64,000 nucleotides of DNA from Narcine bancroftii (lineage: Eukaryota). The translations under genes were made by a program, and so were the position numbers. Shown here one piece after another: positions 11,364 through 23,420 of this stretch (position 1 is its first letter; each line of letters opens with the position of its first letter). The stretch is from NCBI RefSeq assembly GCF_036971445.1, contig NC_091474.1, positions 35,650,001 to 35,714,000 of the forward strand, given 5' to 3'. Under the pieces are notes generated by a model that made no database searches, was not told where the DNA came from, and saw nothing but the letters and a program-made list of their open reading frames with translations.

Positions 11364-12477
11364 CACAGGAGACACAGGCCAGACCAGAACAAAGAATGGC
11401 CTGCAAGAAACAAAGGGAATGGAAAACCAGTCTAGGAGGAAGATTAAGGCAGGAGGAGGTGTTAAAGAGAACAGCAGAAATTGGCCAGACAGGGACAGAA
11501 TGGTGATTAGAAATATCTGGGGATGAATTAATTTCTGATCCAATCAACAGGATAGTCTGGCTTGGAGGATTAAGATGGGAGTGCTACACCCCAGATATCT
11601 GCAAAACAGGAGATGACTTGTGATAACCCTTATGCAAAAAGATCTAGCAAAGGAAGACAACTTTTGTTCTGTATGATAATGAAATCTAGCAAAGGAAGCC
11701 AACTTTTGTTCTGTATAAGGTTGATCTATATAAACTGAGCCAACTGGACAATAGGGGTCAGTCTTGGGGAATAGCTCACTGTGCAGGTGACCTATGAACT
11801 AACGACTGACCCAGAGCTCTGTTAAGTTTTATTCTTGTGCTGTGTAATAAATTGACTGTTGAACCAAATACCTTCTCCTATCACTTCATTCAAAGAACAC
11901 GCTGGACTCAGACTACACATAGACTAAATTAAGAGTAAGGTAAAGCCAGTAAGGTAAAGCCAGAGTCCGACAATGCTCACAAGTAACTGGCCTCTGGTGG
12001 CTGAAAATTGTGGCCACGGATGAATCATGGTCGCTCCCTGTAACTGAGCATTGACCATAATTATCTTCTAGCTGTGGTCATTGATAATCAGCAAATTGAT
12101 GAGTCTAGATAATTTTTGGTTCAGAACTGTGTCATGGTTCTGTTTAGGAGTCCTTTGGGTGACGTGTGTGGAATTAATGACCCTTCACCCATTAGGAAGG
12201 CTGATCTCCTGGAAAACCTGCAATGCTGTCCTCATCCTAAAAAAAGAGAGCTACTTGTCCCTCCTTGGGAAGAGACCCCACCCCCTACCCCACCACCACC
12301 AAATGCAATGATGAGCTCTAACTTTATACGTACTATCATCTGCAAGAAAAGAGCCAAAGTTGTAAAAGTTCCTTGGCTGTACCAGTCGATAAGGCTGCAG
12401 TGTGTGTGGTGGATCCCCAGTGGAATTCCTTGCTGAAACAAGTCCTCTTATACATTAATCCACCGCTCAGCTGATAT

Positions 12478-12738
12478 TTTTTTTTTAAATTTAGAGATAC
12501 AGTGCAGTAACAGGTTCTTCTGGCCACAAGACTGCACTGCCCAAATACATCCATGAAGCTAATTAATCTACTAACCCTGTATGTCTTTGGAATGCGAGAG
12601 GAAACCAGAGCCCCCAGAAGAAATCCCTTCGGTCACAGAGAAAACATACAAACTACTTACATGACTGTGCCGGATTTGAACCCTGGTCACTGGAGCTAAT
12701 ATACTGTTGCAATAACCACCATGCTAACTATGCCACCC
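12478..12738 (-). mobile_element. tRNA-derived SINE (V-SINE/HE1-like)
   Basis: Minus strand: tRNA-like head with A/B boxes (GGTGGCATAGTTAGCATGG..GGGTTCAAATCC), body CTCTGGTTTCCTC.CATTCCAAAGAC, CR1-like tail and poly-A. Confidence 0.75.
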
Positions 12739-14777
12739 TTACAGTGGGAAGGATTTTAAAAAAACATTGTGGATACACATCCAGATTAATGGCTACTTTT
12801 GCCTCTTTGCCCATGTTTCTAGCATATCATCTTCCTCTATAGATTCTTCTTTTAATTTCCCCTGTCACTTTGGAGGCATGAAGGTATGACCACTAAATTC
12901 CCCATGCCAGACTCATACTAAACTCAGCTTTAAACCACTTGCTCACTAATCTGACACTTCAGCTCTGCATAAAAATCAAAAATGAAACAAATGTCATCAA
13001 CTAATTCTTCTCCCTTGGTTCACCTTTCCCATTCATTCCCCATCCGCCCAGCCATCCCTGAAGTTGGAAAGTTATTGGAGTCGATCATCAAGAACAAAGT
13101 CATGAAATACCTTGAGGTGCATGACATGTTAGGTCCAAGCCAGCATGGTTTCATGAAGGGAAGATCCTGCCTGACCAACCTATTGGAATTTTTTGAGGAA
13201 ATCTCAAGTAGGATGGACAAGGGAGAGGCTGTGGATGTTGTGTATTTGGATTTTCAAAAGCCCTTCAATAAGGTGCCACTTAAGGGCTGCTTAATAAGAT
13301 GAGAACCCACTGAATTACAAGAAAAATATTAGATTGGCTGATAGGCAGAAAGCAAAGGGTGGGAATAAAGGGATCCTGTTCTGGTTGGTTGCCAGTTACT
13401 AGTGGTGTTCCGCAGGGGTCGGTGTTGGGGCTGCTTCTTTTTACAACATATATTGATGATTTAGATTATGGATTGATTGATTTTGTGGCTAGGTTTGGAG
13501 AGAAGTGGTGGAGAAGAAAGTGTTGAAGAAATTGAAACGTTGCAGAGAGACTTCAACAGTTTAGGAGAGAGGGCAAAGAAACAACAGATGAGATACAATG
13601 TTGAGAAATGTACGGTTGTACATTTTGGCAGAAAAAATAAACAGACAGATTATTATTTGGATGGGGTGAAAACTCAAAATTCGTAAGTGCAAAGGGACTT
13701 GTGGGTCCTCGTGCAGGATAACCCAAAACACACATGTCAAACTCAGGCCCGCGGGCCAAATTTGGTCCGTGATATAATTATATTTGGCCCGCAAGATCAT
13801 ATCAAATATGTATTAGAGCTGGCCCGCTGGCCGCCGCACCAGTATAACGCATGCACAGCTAATCCTACAAATCCCAGAATGCTTTGCAAATGCATTGGCA
13901 CCGGCCCGTCAGCCCGCTAATCGCCCCCACCTCCTCTCTTTACTTTCATTAGCATCTGCGACCTGTCGCCCAACTCACGTGTAATAAACCCCTTACGAAA
14001 AATGGCCAAACGAAAGACAGAAAACAGGACCTTTCAAGACAGGTGGGAGGCAGACTATATGTTCATCATTTTAAAAGACCAACCTGTTTCTCATTGAAGC
14101 AAGTTGTTATTCTTTTGACTTGTTGGCTTGTGAAAAAAAAACATTTAAAAGGAGCTTAAAGGCTATAGAGAAATATTATTTATTGAATATTTTATTTCTG
14201 GAGGAGTCACGTGATGGAGTAGTGGCTGGTCGGGGAACTCCAGCCCTCTCCGGAAAAGTTTAAAAAAAATACAGAAAACACAAAGGCACAAACATAAAAA
14301 TTAAAATAAAGTGAAAGTAAAGGTGGGAAGAAAATGGCAGCGAAGAAAGAAAAGTCGAAAGCAACAGGAAAAAGAGAAGAAGAAAGGACGTCGGAAGAAG
14401 AAGGTGAAGGCCTTACCTGTCCGAGGAGGCCCGCTGCGGAGAGAGAAGCCCGCTCCCTAAGGTCAGTCGAAGCCCCGAGCTCGGGACTACAAAAATGGTT
14501 CGCGGAGCCAAGCAAAAGTGCACGATGCGCATGACAAAAAAAAAACACTGACGGGAGGGGGGACCAGCTGAGGAGTCGATCTCCACAGCTGAGAATGACA
14601 GCTACAACACCACAACAGGAAGAGAACATAGAAAACAACGAGAACAAGAAAGAGAGTAAAAAGAAAACAAGGAAACAACAGATGACCAACCCAGAGGAAG
14701 AAGAAGAGGAAGAATATAGAGAAATGGAAGAAGAAGGGAAAGGCAAGACAATGGATATATATATTTTTAAATAATAT

Positions 14778-15548
14778 ATGGAATCAGTAAAAGAATGGCA
14801 ATCACAAGAAATTAGTGAAATAAAAAGAAGAATTAAACGTACAGAAGAAAAAATGAATAGATTAGAGATGGTCATGTCAGATATAGGAAAAAGAGTGGAC
14901 AAGGTGGAAGAACAAGAAACAGCCGTAGAAATGGAAGTAGAGGACTTAAAAAAGAAATTAGAAGAATCTAATAAAAAAGTTAAAGAGACACAAGAGCTGT
15001 TAGCTCAGAAGATAGATATAATGGAAAATTATAATAGAAGAAATAATATAAAGATAGTGGGCCTTAAGGAAGATGAAGAAGGCAAGAATATGAGAGAATT
15101 TATAAAAGATTGGATCCCCAGGGTCCTAGGAAGACCAGAATTACAGGAAGAAATGGAAATAGAAAGGGCACATAGAACATTAGCCCCGAAGCCACAGCCA
15201 CAACAAAAACCAAGATCCATATTAGTAAAATTCCCAAGATATACAACAAGAGAAAATATATTGGAGAAAGCAATGAAGAAAATAAGAGAAGACAAAAAGC
15301 CACTGGAATACAAAGGTCAAAAATTTTTTTTCTATCCAGACATAAGTTTTGAACTCCTGAAGAAGAGAAAGGAATTTAATACAGCAAAAGCAATCCTATG
15401 GAAAAAAGGATATAAATTTATGCTAAAGTACCCAGCGGTACTTAAAATAGTTATTCCAGGGCAGCAAAACAGACTATTCTCGGATCCGGAGGAAGCACAA
15501 AAATTTGTAGAACAACTACAAAACAGACAGAGAGATGAAGACATGTAA
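14778..15548 (+). CDS. L1 ORF1p (coiled coil + RRM/CTD); N-terminus probably cut off by an upstream stop
   Basis: MENYNRRNNIKIVGLKE, EIERAHR, PRSILVKF, FFYPDIS, YPAVLKI motifs. Confidence 0.8.
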   Translation: MESVKEWQSQEISEIKRRIKRTEEKMNRLEMVMSDIGKRVDKVEEQETAVEMEVEDLKKKLEESNKKVKETQELLAQKIDIMENYNRRNNIKIVGLKEDEEGKNMREFIKDWIPRVLGRPELQEEMEIERAHRTLAPKPQPQQKPRSILVKFPRYTTRENILEKAMKKIREDKKPLEYKGQKFFFYPDISFELLKKRKEFNTAKAILWKKGYKFMLKYPAVLKIVIPGQQNRLFSDPEEAQKFVEQLQNRQRDEDM

Positions 15549-15557
15549 CGAGAGTAA

Positions 15558-15729
15558 NNNNNNNNNNNNNNNNNNNNNNNNNNNNNNNNNNNNNNNNNNN
15601 NNNNNNNNNNNNNNNNNNNNNNNNNNNNNNNNNNNNNNNNNNNNNNNNNNNNNNNNNNNNNNNNNNNNNNNNNNNNNNNNNNNNNNNNNNNNNNNNNNNN
15701 NNNNNNNNNNNNNNNNNNNNNNNNNNNNN
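15558..15729. other. N run (gap or masked sequence) in the L1 inter-ORF region
   Basis: Run of N. Confidence 0.99.
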
Positions 15730-16144
15730 TATTTAAAGGAAAATGTATAGAGTATAGATAAGAATTACTAAGGGAAAGAAAGGGAAGAGAGGAAGTAAGG
15801 AGGGAATTAAGAGAGTGACCTTTGTTATATATGAAGATTAAAATCTTTTCTGTGGGGGGCTGGATGGGGAGGAGTTACGGTCACTGCGAAATCAGTTGAT
15901 GCTTGCGAGTGAATTCGCAAATCCAAATGGAGAGGGGAGATGTGGTTGCCCGACAAGGGATAAAGGGCAACTCAGGAAGGGGAGGGGATAGTGGGGTTAA
16001 AGAAATTTTAGATAGGAGAATAAGGGAAATGTCTCATGTTTTAGAAATGTTGTCTTATAAAGTGTTCAAAACAAGAAAACAGAAATGGATAAGAAGGAAA
16101 GGTGATGATGAGGAAACGGAAAGGAAAGATAAACAAAGTATGAA

Positions 16145-18472
16145 ATGGCTACGTTGAACTATATGACTTTAAATATTAACGGAATACATAACCAAATCAA
16201 AAGGAAGAAATTGCTAAATTTACTGAAAAAAGAAAAAATTGATATAGCATTCGTGCAAGAAACACATTTAACTGAAATGGAGCACAAGAAATTAAAGAGA
16301 GATTGGGTAGGACATGTAACAGCAGCGTCATATAATTCAAAAGCTAGAGGAGTAGCTATATTAATCAGTAAAAATGTACCAATTAAAATAAAAGAGGAAA
16401 TAATAGATCCAGCAGGGAGATATGTAATGATAAAATGTCAGATATATTCGGAGTTTTGGAATTTACTCAATGTATATTCACCTAACAAAGAAGATCAAAA
16501 ATTTATGCAAGATATTTTTTTGAAGATAGCAGACACGTAAGGGAACATACTAATAGGAGGGTATTTCAACCTTAATTTGGATTCAAATATGGACAAAACT
16601 GGGAAAAAAATTAACAGAAAGAACAAAGTAACCAACTTTATAATTAAATCGATGGAAGAAATGCAACTTTTGGATATATGTTAGCTATAGAACCACTAGC
16701 AGAATTGATAAGAACAGAAAATAATATAAAAGGGATAAAAATAAAAGACAAGGAATATAAAATCAGTTTATTTGCAGATGACGTTATAGTATACTTAACA
16801 GAACCAGAAATATCAATAAAAGAATTACATAAGAAATTGAAAGAATATGGAAAAGTGTCGGGATACAAGATTAACGGAAATAAAAGTGAAGCAATGCCAA
16901 TGAATAATGTGGATTTCTCAAAATTTAAGAAAGAATCACCATTCAGATGGCAAATGCAAGCAATATGATACCTAGGTATACAAATAAATAAAAACTTCGG
17001 CCATCTATATAAACTCAATTATTATCCACTAATGAAAAAATTACAGGACGACGTAGAGCATTGGAAAGACTTACCACTAACACTTATAGGAAGGATAAAC
17101 TGTATTAAAATGAACATTTTCCCAAGGATACAATACCTATTTCAGGCATTGCCAATACACTTGACGGAGAAATTCTTCAAGGAGTAAAAGAAAATAATAA
17201 GGAAATTTTTATGGAAAGGGGGGAAACCGAGGATAGCACTAGATAAATTAACAGAATGGTATAAACAAGGAGGCTTACAACTGCCAAACTTTAAAAATTA
17301 TTATAGAGCCTCACAATTAAGATATCTATCAGATTTTTATCAAACAAGGGAAAAGCCAGATTGGACTAGATTAGAACTAGATAAAATAGGGGAGAAGATA
17401 CCTGAACATATATTATATAAATGGGATGAAAAATTGGTACAACGTAGGAATTCTCCAGTATTACATCATCTGCTCAATATTTGTAAGAAGATTCATGTAG
17501 AAAGGAATAAAACAAATTACCAATTACCAAAACTAATACTGACGCAAAATCAGCTAATCCCTTTTACAATAGATAACCTTTCCTTTAGAGAATGGGAGAA
17601 AAAAGGGATCAAAAGAATAGAAAATTGCTTTTCAGGAAATAAATTATTATCCTTTGAACAAATGAAGGATAAATATAATATAACTCACGATACAGTGTTG
17701 GCATACTACCAACTGAAATCCTACTTGAAGGACAAATTGGGAAGCAGTCTAAGGTTACCAGAGGGAAGTAATTTTGAATATGTGATTACAGACACAATGA
17801 TAATCAAAACATTTATAACAAATATGTATATTAAACTGCAAGAAAAGGAGAATGAGGAAACAAATGGTAAAACTAAACAAAAATAGGAACAAGATTTAAA
17901 CATAAAGATAAAGAAGGAAACATGGGAGAAGTTATGCTCTGGAACTATGAGAAATACAATAAACACGAGGTTATGTATGATACTGGATACACAGGCTATA
18001 CATTACACCTCAAAAGTTAAATAAATGGGACCCAACAGTATCTGAGAGATGTTTTCGCTGTAAAAAGGAAATGGGAACAACAATTCATGCAATCTGGGCA
18101 TGTGAGAAAGTGAAAAAATTTTGGGAAGATCTAAACCAGATATTAAATAAAATCACAAAAAGCAATATACCAAAAAACCCAGAGATCTTCCTCCTAAATA
18201 ACATAAAAAACAAAGAATTTGGACTTGATTTGGATGGTGCACAAAAAAGATTTGTTAGGATAGCCCTAGCTGTAGCAAAAAAATATATTATGTCAGCCTG
18301 GAAATTAGAAGATAACTTGAGAATACAACAATGGTATATAGAAATGAATAAATGTATTCCATTAGAAAAAATAACATATAATTTAAGAAATAATATTACA
18401 ATATTTGAACAAATTTTGGAGCCATACGTGAAACACAATAGAGAAAACCTACCGGGGACATCTACCACCTAA
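16145..18472 (+). pseudogene. L1 ORF2 pseudogene (EN, partial RT, C-terminal Cys motif)
   Basis: MTLNINGI, AFVQETHL, NVYSPN (EN) jumps at ~16680 to LAIEPLA..SLFADDVIVYL (RT); several stops and a frameshift; CFRC..HAIWAC. Confidence 0.9.
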
Positions 18473-20455
18473 AATGACAGAAGGAAAAGGAAATGAAAAG
18501 AATTGACTCAGTGGAATTTCTTATTTATTTTTATTGAGTGACAACATTGTTTGACGGGTTTAATGTATCTTAGATTCTGAACTTTAAATGAATGGGAGGG
18601 GAGGTAGGGAGGGTGGGATGGGAAGAGGGGGGGGGAAGAAAACGACACTGTATATATTTGAAAAGAAAAATTTATGTATCTTGATCAATGTGGTTTATAG
18701 TGTGAAAAATAAAAATAAAAAAAAAAGAATATTTTATTTCTCATTTGTTAATGCTTCTTCTGGAAAGAGTTTAACCAAAGCTATTATTAAACATTTATTC
18801 TAATAAGAAAAAGTTTAACATTACATATGTTGAAAGAAGAGAAAACATGCATATGTTGTTAAAAATTTTCAATAAATATTTAGTTTGGCCCACGACTTAG
18901 TCCAAGTTTTTAATTTTGGCCCTCTGTGAATTTGAGTTTGACACCCCTGACCTAAAACTTACTACCAGGTTGGATCGGCAGTAACAAAAGCAAATGCTAT
19001 GTTTGCAATCATTTCAAGAGGAATAGTGTACAAGAGTAAAGAGGTCTTGATGTGGCTCTGTGGGGCACTGGTGAGACCACATTTGGAGAAATGTGTGCAG
19101 TTTTAGGCCCCTTATCTTAGAATGGATGTAATGATGCTGGAGAGAGTACAGAGAAGATTTACGAGGATGATTCCTGGAATGCGAGGGCAAACACATGAGG
19201 GACGTTTATTGGCTCTTGGACTGCATTCATTGGTGTATAGAAGAATGAGAGGGGATCTCAAAGAAACATTTCAAATGCTAAAAGGATTGGACAGAGTAGA
19301 TGCGAATAAGATGTTTCGCTTGGTGGGTGAATCCAGGACAAGAGGGCACAGTCTTAGAATTAGAAGGTACCCACTTAAAATAGAGATGACAAGAAATTTC
19401 TTTAGCCAGAGGGTCGTGGATTTGTGGAATTTGTTGCCACTTACAGCTGTGGAAGACTGATCATTGGGGGAGTTTAAGGAGGAGATTGATAGGTATCTAA
19501 TTAGTTAGGGTAGCAAGGGATACGGGGGAAAGGCTAGAAATTGGAACTAGATTATGTGGTAGAGCAGACTCGATGGACTGAATGGCCTACATCTGTTCCT
19601 TTATCTTGTGATCTCACCCTCCACCATCTGCCCATTATTCTTCCATAGCTGGTTATACCTATGATCTACCTTCATCTCCCCCCCCCCCCCAACCCCCCAC
19701 CACCACCCCAATCCATCTGCTTAGTTTGCTGTCCCTTATCAGTTTCCACCTATCACTCAGCAGCCTCTGCCTCAACCCTCCCTCTCACTTCTATATACTG
19801 GCTATAACTCCTCCACATTCCTAATCCTGATGCAGGTTCATAACCCTAAATGTTGACAACCCCTTTGCCGTAAGTCCTCCATTTCCCAATGAGTTCTTGC
19901 AGCAATTTGGTTTTTTTTGCTCCAGATTCCACCATCTGCTGTTCTTTGTTCTTTCCTTTCCACGTCTAACCCTCATTCTAATCAATCACTAACACGCTGG
20001 AAAATTATCCCCATAAACAGCATAATGTAGGAGCTGGTGAGAAGGGAATTCTTCCTCTTGCAGAATACTAAGTTCCCTGTATATGATTGATAAATTACTT
20101 TAATTGAATTTTCATGGTCCAATTTGATGACATTAGCATCAGATCAATATTGTATGAGGATTGATGACATGATCTGTTTGATCTTTCTACTTCCTGCATA
20201 CATATTATTTTAATTAATTTGCCAAAGAGCACAAATTGTGTCATTATGCATTAATGACTGGCACACAAGACTGGAAACATTTCAGCACCTGTATCGCAGG
20301 CACAACCATTACTACTCAGCCCAACTTCACATTGTAGTAATCTTACTTGTATCTCGAGGAGTGCTAGACTCATTATATATTGTATAATGTATATATGCAC
20401 CCAAATTCTTACTTGGAGCAGGCAAAAGGGTATTTTGTAAGCAAAAATTTTATAT

Positions 20456-20579
20456 ATTCACCCACCAAGCGAAACATCTTATTCGCATCTACTCTGTCCA
20501 ATCCTTTTAGCATTTGAAATGTTTCTTTGAGATCCCCTCTCATTCTTCTATACACCAATGAATGCAGTCCAAGAGCCAA
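20456..20579 (-). repeat. Perfect 124-bp inverted duplicate of 19209-19332
   Basis: Base-by-base reverse-complement comparison shows no mismatch. Confidence 0.95.
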
Positions 20580-20974
20580 ATTATTCCCAATTTTCCAGAA
20601 CACAGTCTATTTAAAAAGATTTGAACGGGAATAAGGACTCATTCCCGTTCTGACATTTTACTTTCTCGACCCCTAGTTATTTTCACAAATCACCTGCAGG
20701 CGATCCATGAACAATGGGTTCATGAATAGGATGTCCGGCCTCCTTAACTACTGCATTCTGTTTAAACACGCGATGTGATATGGATATTTAGAGTTTTGGT
20801 CGCTCCTGTGTGAACAGCCACTCCTGAAGGTAGGGAGAACCTTCAGAGCAGAAAAATCACGGAAGATCTATGTTTTCAAAAAACATATTAGTGTCATTCA
20901 AAACACCAAGGGTGAAAGTCACCATTTATCAAGGGCAGTATGAATATTTACCATATTTCTGTACTCCACAACAT

Positions 20975-21235
20975 CTCTTCTTTGGCTTGGCTTCACGGAC
21001 GAAGATTTATGGAGGGGGTAAATGTCCACGTCAGCTGCAGGCTCGTTTGTGGCTGACAAGTCCGATGCGGGACAGGCAGACACGGTTGCAGCGGTTGCAG
21101 GGGAAAATTGGTTGGTTGGGGTTGGGTGTTGGGATTTTCCTCCTTTGCCTTTTGTCAGTGAGGTGGGCTCTGCGGTCTTCTTCAAAGGAGGTTGCTGCCC
21201 GCCAAACTGTGAGGCGCCAAGATGCACGGTTTGAG
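20975..21235 (-). mobile_element. 5'-truncated RTE copy, same family as 7197-10496
   Basis: Near-identical to 7205-7462; encodes NRASWRLTVW..CNRCNRVCLSRIGLVSHKRACS. Confidence 0.92.
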
Positions 21236-21699
21236 TCTACAGATTGCTTTAAGCGAGGCTGCCTCACTGATTGGTGAGTTACCCATAAGTCACTGCTTTC
21301 TTTCATCTTTCACCTTCAGGAGCAACTTGATCCCTGAAACCAGCTGATCATTCAAGCCTCACCCCCAATGCAGGGACTTCCCGCTAAAAGTCGCAAGCAT
21401 CATGTCTACAAATGTTTTACAAGCAGACAAAGCCACCCATGCATCCCCCACCCATGGGATTGTAAACGGTTGTTTTTCACACTGGAGAAAATGCTATGCT
21501 TTATCAAGCATTCTGCACTTGGACCTCTGCAGCTTTTGAAACACAGCGATGATGTGGGCAAACTTACAAAGTATCCAATCAAAAATTCAGTTTATTCCCA
21601 CAGCTCTGATTTATATGTTACTCTCTCTGACCTCTTTCCAAGTCCTTACATCCCTCCTCTTGCATGGTGTCCAGGGTTACATGCACAACTCTAGTCAGG

Positions 21700-23420
21700 G
21701 ACAAGCTGGTGTTTTCTCCAGGTTAGCATATATTCCTGACCTTTATACCTACCCCAGGTCTCTGATTATGCTCATAGTTCCCTATCACCAACTGCTTTGT
21801 TAATCCCTCCAACCATTTTCAGATGTTCATGACTAACCACATCAAATCGCTCTGCATTTTTCCCCAATTTAAAATTCACCCTTTGGCCTGGATTGCCTCA
21901 TCATTCTTCACACAAATTCTATCACCTCCCGCTGCACCTCCCCTACCCTTACATCTGTCTTATGTCAGTCCATTCTGTGTTTGTCCGACTGTCCTAACTG
22001 TCTTTATTACACTTTTTATGTTAAAATGCCTATTTTTAAACTCTGTTTAATTATTAGTGAATGCCAAAAACTCCAGTGCTTCCTTCTAAAACAGAGCACT
22101 TGAGAAATCTTTGTATAACATCCTCTAGTCCAAAAAACAACTATTCTCAACACAAATCTGTTCTATTCCCAAAACAATTTTTAACCCCTCCTGCCATTGG
22201 CATTTTTATTGTACGAATCTCAATTATGCAAATGAATCCAGCACATCATTAAATATTTTTTGAAAGTCAATGTACACAATATCCTCTGCACTGCCTTCAG
22301 CTAATTTCTCATTACATCTTCAAAAATGTAACCATTTAATCAACCATGTTTTGCCCGTAATACATCTGCATTGATTTCCCGCTTGTTCAAATAGTTTGTT
22401 TCTCTCAATTATAGGTTTAAAAGATTTCTCTGTGCTCAACATTTTCTTTTTCCCCTTTTGAACATGGGATCAACAGTTACAATCCTCCAGTCCTCTGGGT
22501 TCTCCCTATTGGATTGGATGATCATGTTAAGCCCCTCCTAAATTTCTATCCATATTTAACTCAGTGACCTGAGTCTCCTACCATTTAGTTTGGGTGAATT
22601 TTCCTTGCACTTCCTCTTTGATATTCTACCTTACAAAATGTTGATGGGATGTATTCATTTAAAACCCCAGATACCTTCATCCTTCACAGTCTTTTGTTTT
22701 GGAACCTAATGAGTTCCTCTTTACTTTAGATTGTGTTTTATTGTTAATATGCTCTGGAGAGAGCGTGAGGGTTCACTTTATATGCTAGAACTCAACTTCT
22801 TGTTTTCGGTCTCTGATTTTATCTCTTTTGTATTTCTTAATCAAGCTAATAAATATCATAAGGATTTTCTTTTTACTTTATTCTATTCTCTAGGCTGGGA
22901 GTCTGGTCCTTTGTCATATTGACTTTGTTTCCCTCTTTTCCTTTCTTTCTGACTGGACTGTACCTGAACTAGTTGCTCTATCACAAGTTGTCAATTATCC
23001 CACAACATATCTGCCTGGAAGTTTTTGACTCCAATTTCAATTCAATGAATGTTCCCCCCTTTCCACTCAAAAACTTTATTGTTCCATTTTGCTTTTAGTT
23101 CTTTTTAGCACTAATCTAATATGGCTTTAGGGCAGAAGATTCTGGGTTCAGGTCAAAGACCCAGCATTTTCTACAGCTTTGGTTTCAATTATTTCTCTAA
23201 TACTTTTTAAAAAAAAAATCACTGTTCTCAAGATGTTTCCCACCCTCCATTCCATGATATTCTCCACCTGCAACACATCCTTCCTGATTGCCAGTGCAGA
23301 CATTAAATAGTTAAAAATATCTCCTCCATCTCCCCTACCTTTAAACACAAAACCTGCTCCCTTCAATACTGGGATGGTCAAGATCTCCCATCATCCTATA
23401 GTCCTGCACCCTTCCATAGA
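21700..23420 (-). mobile_element. Highly decayed CR1-like LINE remnants
   Basis: Scattered reverse-complement CR1 phrases (GAGGACTGGAGGATTGTAACTGTT..TGTTCAAAAGGG; GGAGATCTTGACCATCCCAGTATTGA); no intact ORF. Confidence 0.45.

Larger units (their letters stand above)
7046..11972 (+). mobile_element. Solo LTR #1 (~820 bp of own sequence, Gypsy/ERV-like), split by two insertions
   Basis: Termini TGTTGGA...TCCGACA; 4-bp TSD ATGC (7042-7045, 11973-11976); pieces 7046-7196, ~10490-10554 and 11364-11972 are colinear with intact LTR #2; TATA box (CTATATAAA ~11727) and AATAAA (~11846). Confidence 0.9.
14200..18726 (+). mobile_element. L1-clade LINE with both ends but an internal ORF2 deletion
   Basis: 15-bp TSD GAATATTTTATTTCT (14185-14199, 18727-18741); 5' UTR, ORF1, ORF2 remnants, G-rich 3' UTR, AATAAA and poly-A. 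Confidence 0.95.
13729..18949 (+). mobile_element. Non-autonomous hAT (Charlie/Buster-like) DNA transposon, ~680 bp, interrupted by L1
   Basis: Ends CACACATGTCAAACTC / GAGTTTGACACCCCTG; 8-bp TSD ACCCAAAA/ACCTAAAA; transposase N-terminal remnant MAKRKTENRTFQDRWEADYMF from 14002; intact sister copy at 48491-49170. Confidence 0.88.
13060..19612 (+). mobile_element. CR1-clade LINE RT/3' part (13060-13728 + 18950-19612), interrupted by a hAT element
   Basis: VGKLLESIIK..SQHGFMKGRSCLTNLLEFFEE..VDVVYLDFQK and GVPQGSVLG; resumes after the hAT with LERVQRRFTRMIPG..SRTRGHSLRI..RNFFSQRVV. Confidence 0.9.

Noticed and set aside
10811-11547. Near-identical ORFs on opposite strands (DQKLIHPQIF...)
   Set aside because: By-product of the inverted LTR pair; no protein motif
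10555-11972. DNA transposon or DIRS element with long terminal inverted repeats
   Set aside because: Two separate 4-bp TSDs and TG..CA termini explain it fully as nested solo LTRs
12640-12738. tRNA gene
   Set aside because: Degenerate tRNA-like SINE head with no intact cloverleaf
14207-14902. 231-aa hydrophobic minus-strand ORF
   Set aside because: Antisense of the A-rich L1 5' UTR/ORF1; compositional artefact
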